35,464 bases of DNA from a virus (Duplodnaviria > Caudoviricetes), in the IMG/VR virus record IMGVR_UViG_3300032274_000763, positions 1-35,464 of that record; one strand, written 5' to 3'. Of the stretch, positions 35,159 through 35,464 are shown piece after piece. The notes below the pieces were generated by a model that ran no database searches, was not told where the DNA came from, and saw only the letters and a program-made list of their open reading frames with translations. The position numbers and the translations under genes were made by a program. The first letter of the stretch is position 1. Every line of letters begins with the position of its first letter.

Positions 35159-35464
35159 TTACAACGCTCCATCAAAATGATCGTTGTGCGGAAGCATTTG
35201 TCTGGTATCATTTCGTTTAGTAGGATTTCCCTTTAAGGGGATGCCGTCCTGGTCATAACGATCTGGCCATATTGTCATTGGGGGTTGCCCCAAAAATTGG
35301 GCAATCCGGCTTTCGATTTCTGGCCACGGCGTGTTGAGGGTTTTTGAGATCGCCGATCTCTGAAATCCCCAATGTACAGAAAGGTCAGTCAGATTCCATC
35401 CGCACCGTCGGATCAGGTATTTGATCTGCTCTTTATGAATACCTGTGGTCGGGGTTGGGATCAT
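35159..35464 (-). CDS. ner: Ner/Nlp-family transcriptional regulator
   Basis: H.EQIK...G.NLTDLS, PWPEIESRIAQFLG..P..IWPDRY motifs. Confidence 0.88.
   Translation of the reverse strand: MIPTPTTGIHKEQIKYLIRRCGWNLTDLSVHWGFQRSAISKTLNTPWPEIESRIAQFLGQPPMTIWPDRYDQDGIPLKGNPTKRNDTRQMLPHNDHFDGAL

Larger units (their letters stand above)
1..35464 (-). mobile_element. Mu-like transposable prophage/phage with Mu-type head and P2-type contractile tail; ends and repressor outside window
   Basis: Co-oriented ner, DDE transposase A, ATPase B, gam, gemA, Mor/C, lysis, terminase, portal, MuF, protease, capsid, tail and methylase in Mu gene order, with many overlapping stop/start codons. Confidence 0.97.

Noticed and set aside
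1003-35180. Many long + strand and alternate-frame ORFs (e.g. 14738-15559, 18121-18924, 21413-22255, 15533-15901)
   Set aside because: Shadow frames of high-GC minus-strand genes that have clear family motifs; no coherent products
1-35464. CRISPR array, Mu terminal TG...CA ends and the c repressor
   Set aside because: No regularly spaced repeats seen; the window begins and ends at gene boundaries, so ends and repressor are not visible

Overview
Almost the whole window is one Mu-like transposable (pro)phage read on the minus strand, probably from an alphaproteobacterial host (inference). From right to left it carries: ner, a regulator, MuA transposase, MuB ATPase, semi-essential early genes (gam, gemA, a DUF5131 Fe-S protein), a Mor/C-type late activator, a lysis cassette, DUF1804 small terminase, large terminase, DUF935 portal, MuF, protease/scaffold, capsid, neck genes, a P2-type contractile tail, a thermonuclease, a DNA adenine methylase in the mom position and a membrane-protein moron. 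The repressor and both phage ends lie outside the window. Most interesting: (1) MuF carries a PBECR2-like RNase domain but has no immunity ORF. It is followed instead by a near-consensus antisense promoter pointing into a structured ~85-nt element, then by a variant initiator tRNA placed directly under a late promoter. (2) The lysis cassette holds an intact class-3 lipase and a lipoprotein where a holin and spanins are expected. (3) A cloverleaf, C4-like RNA with a competing helix sits upstream of the methylase where com would be. All family assignments come from motif recognition and synteny, not from database searches.
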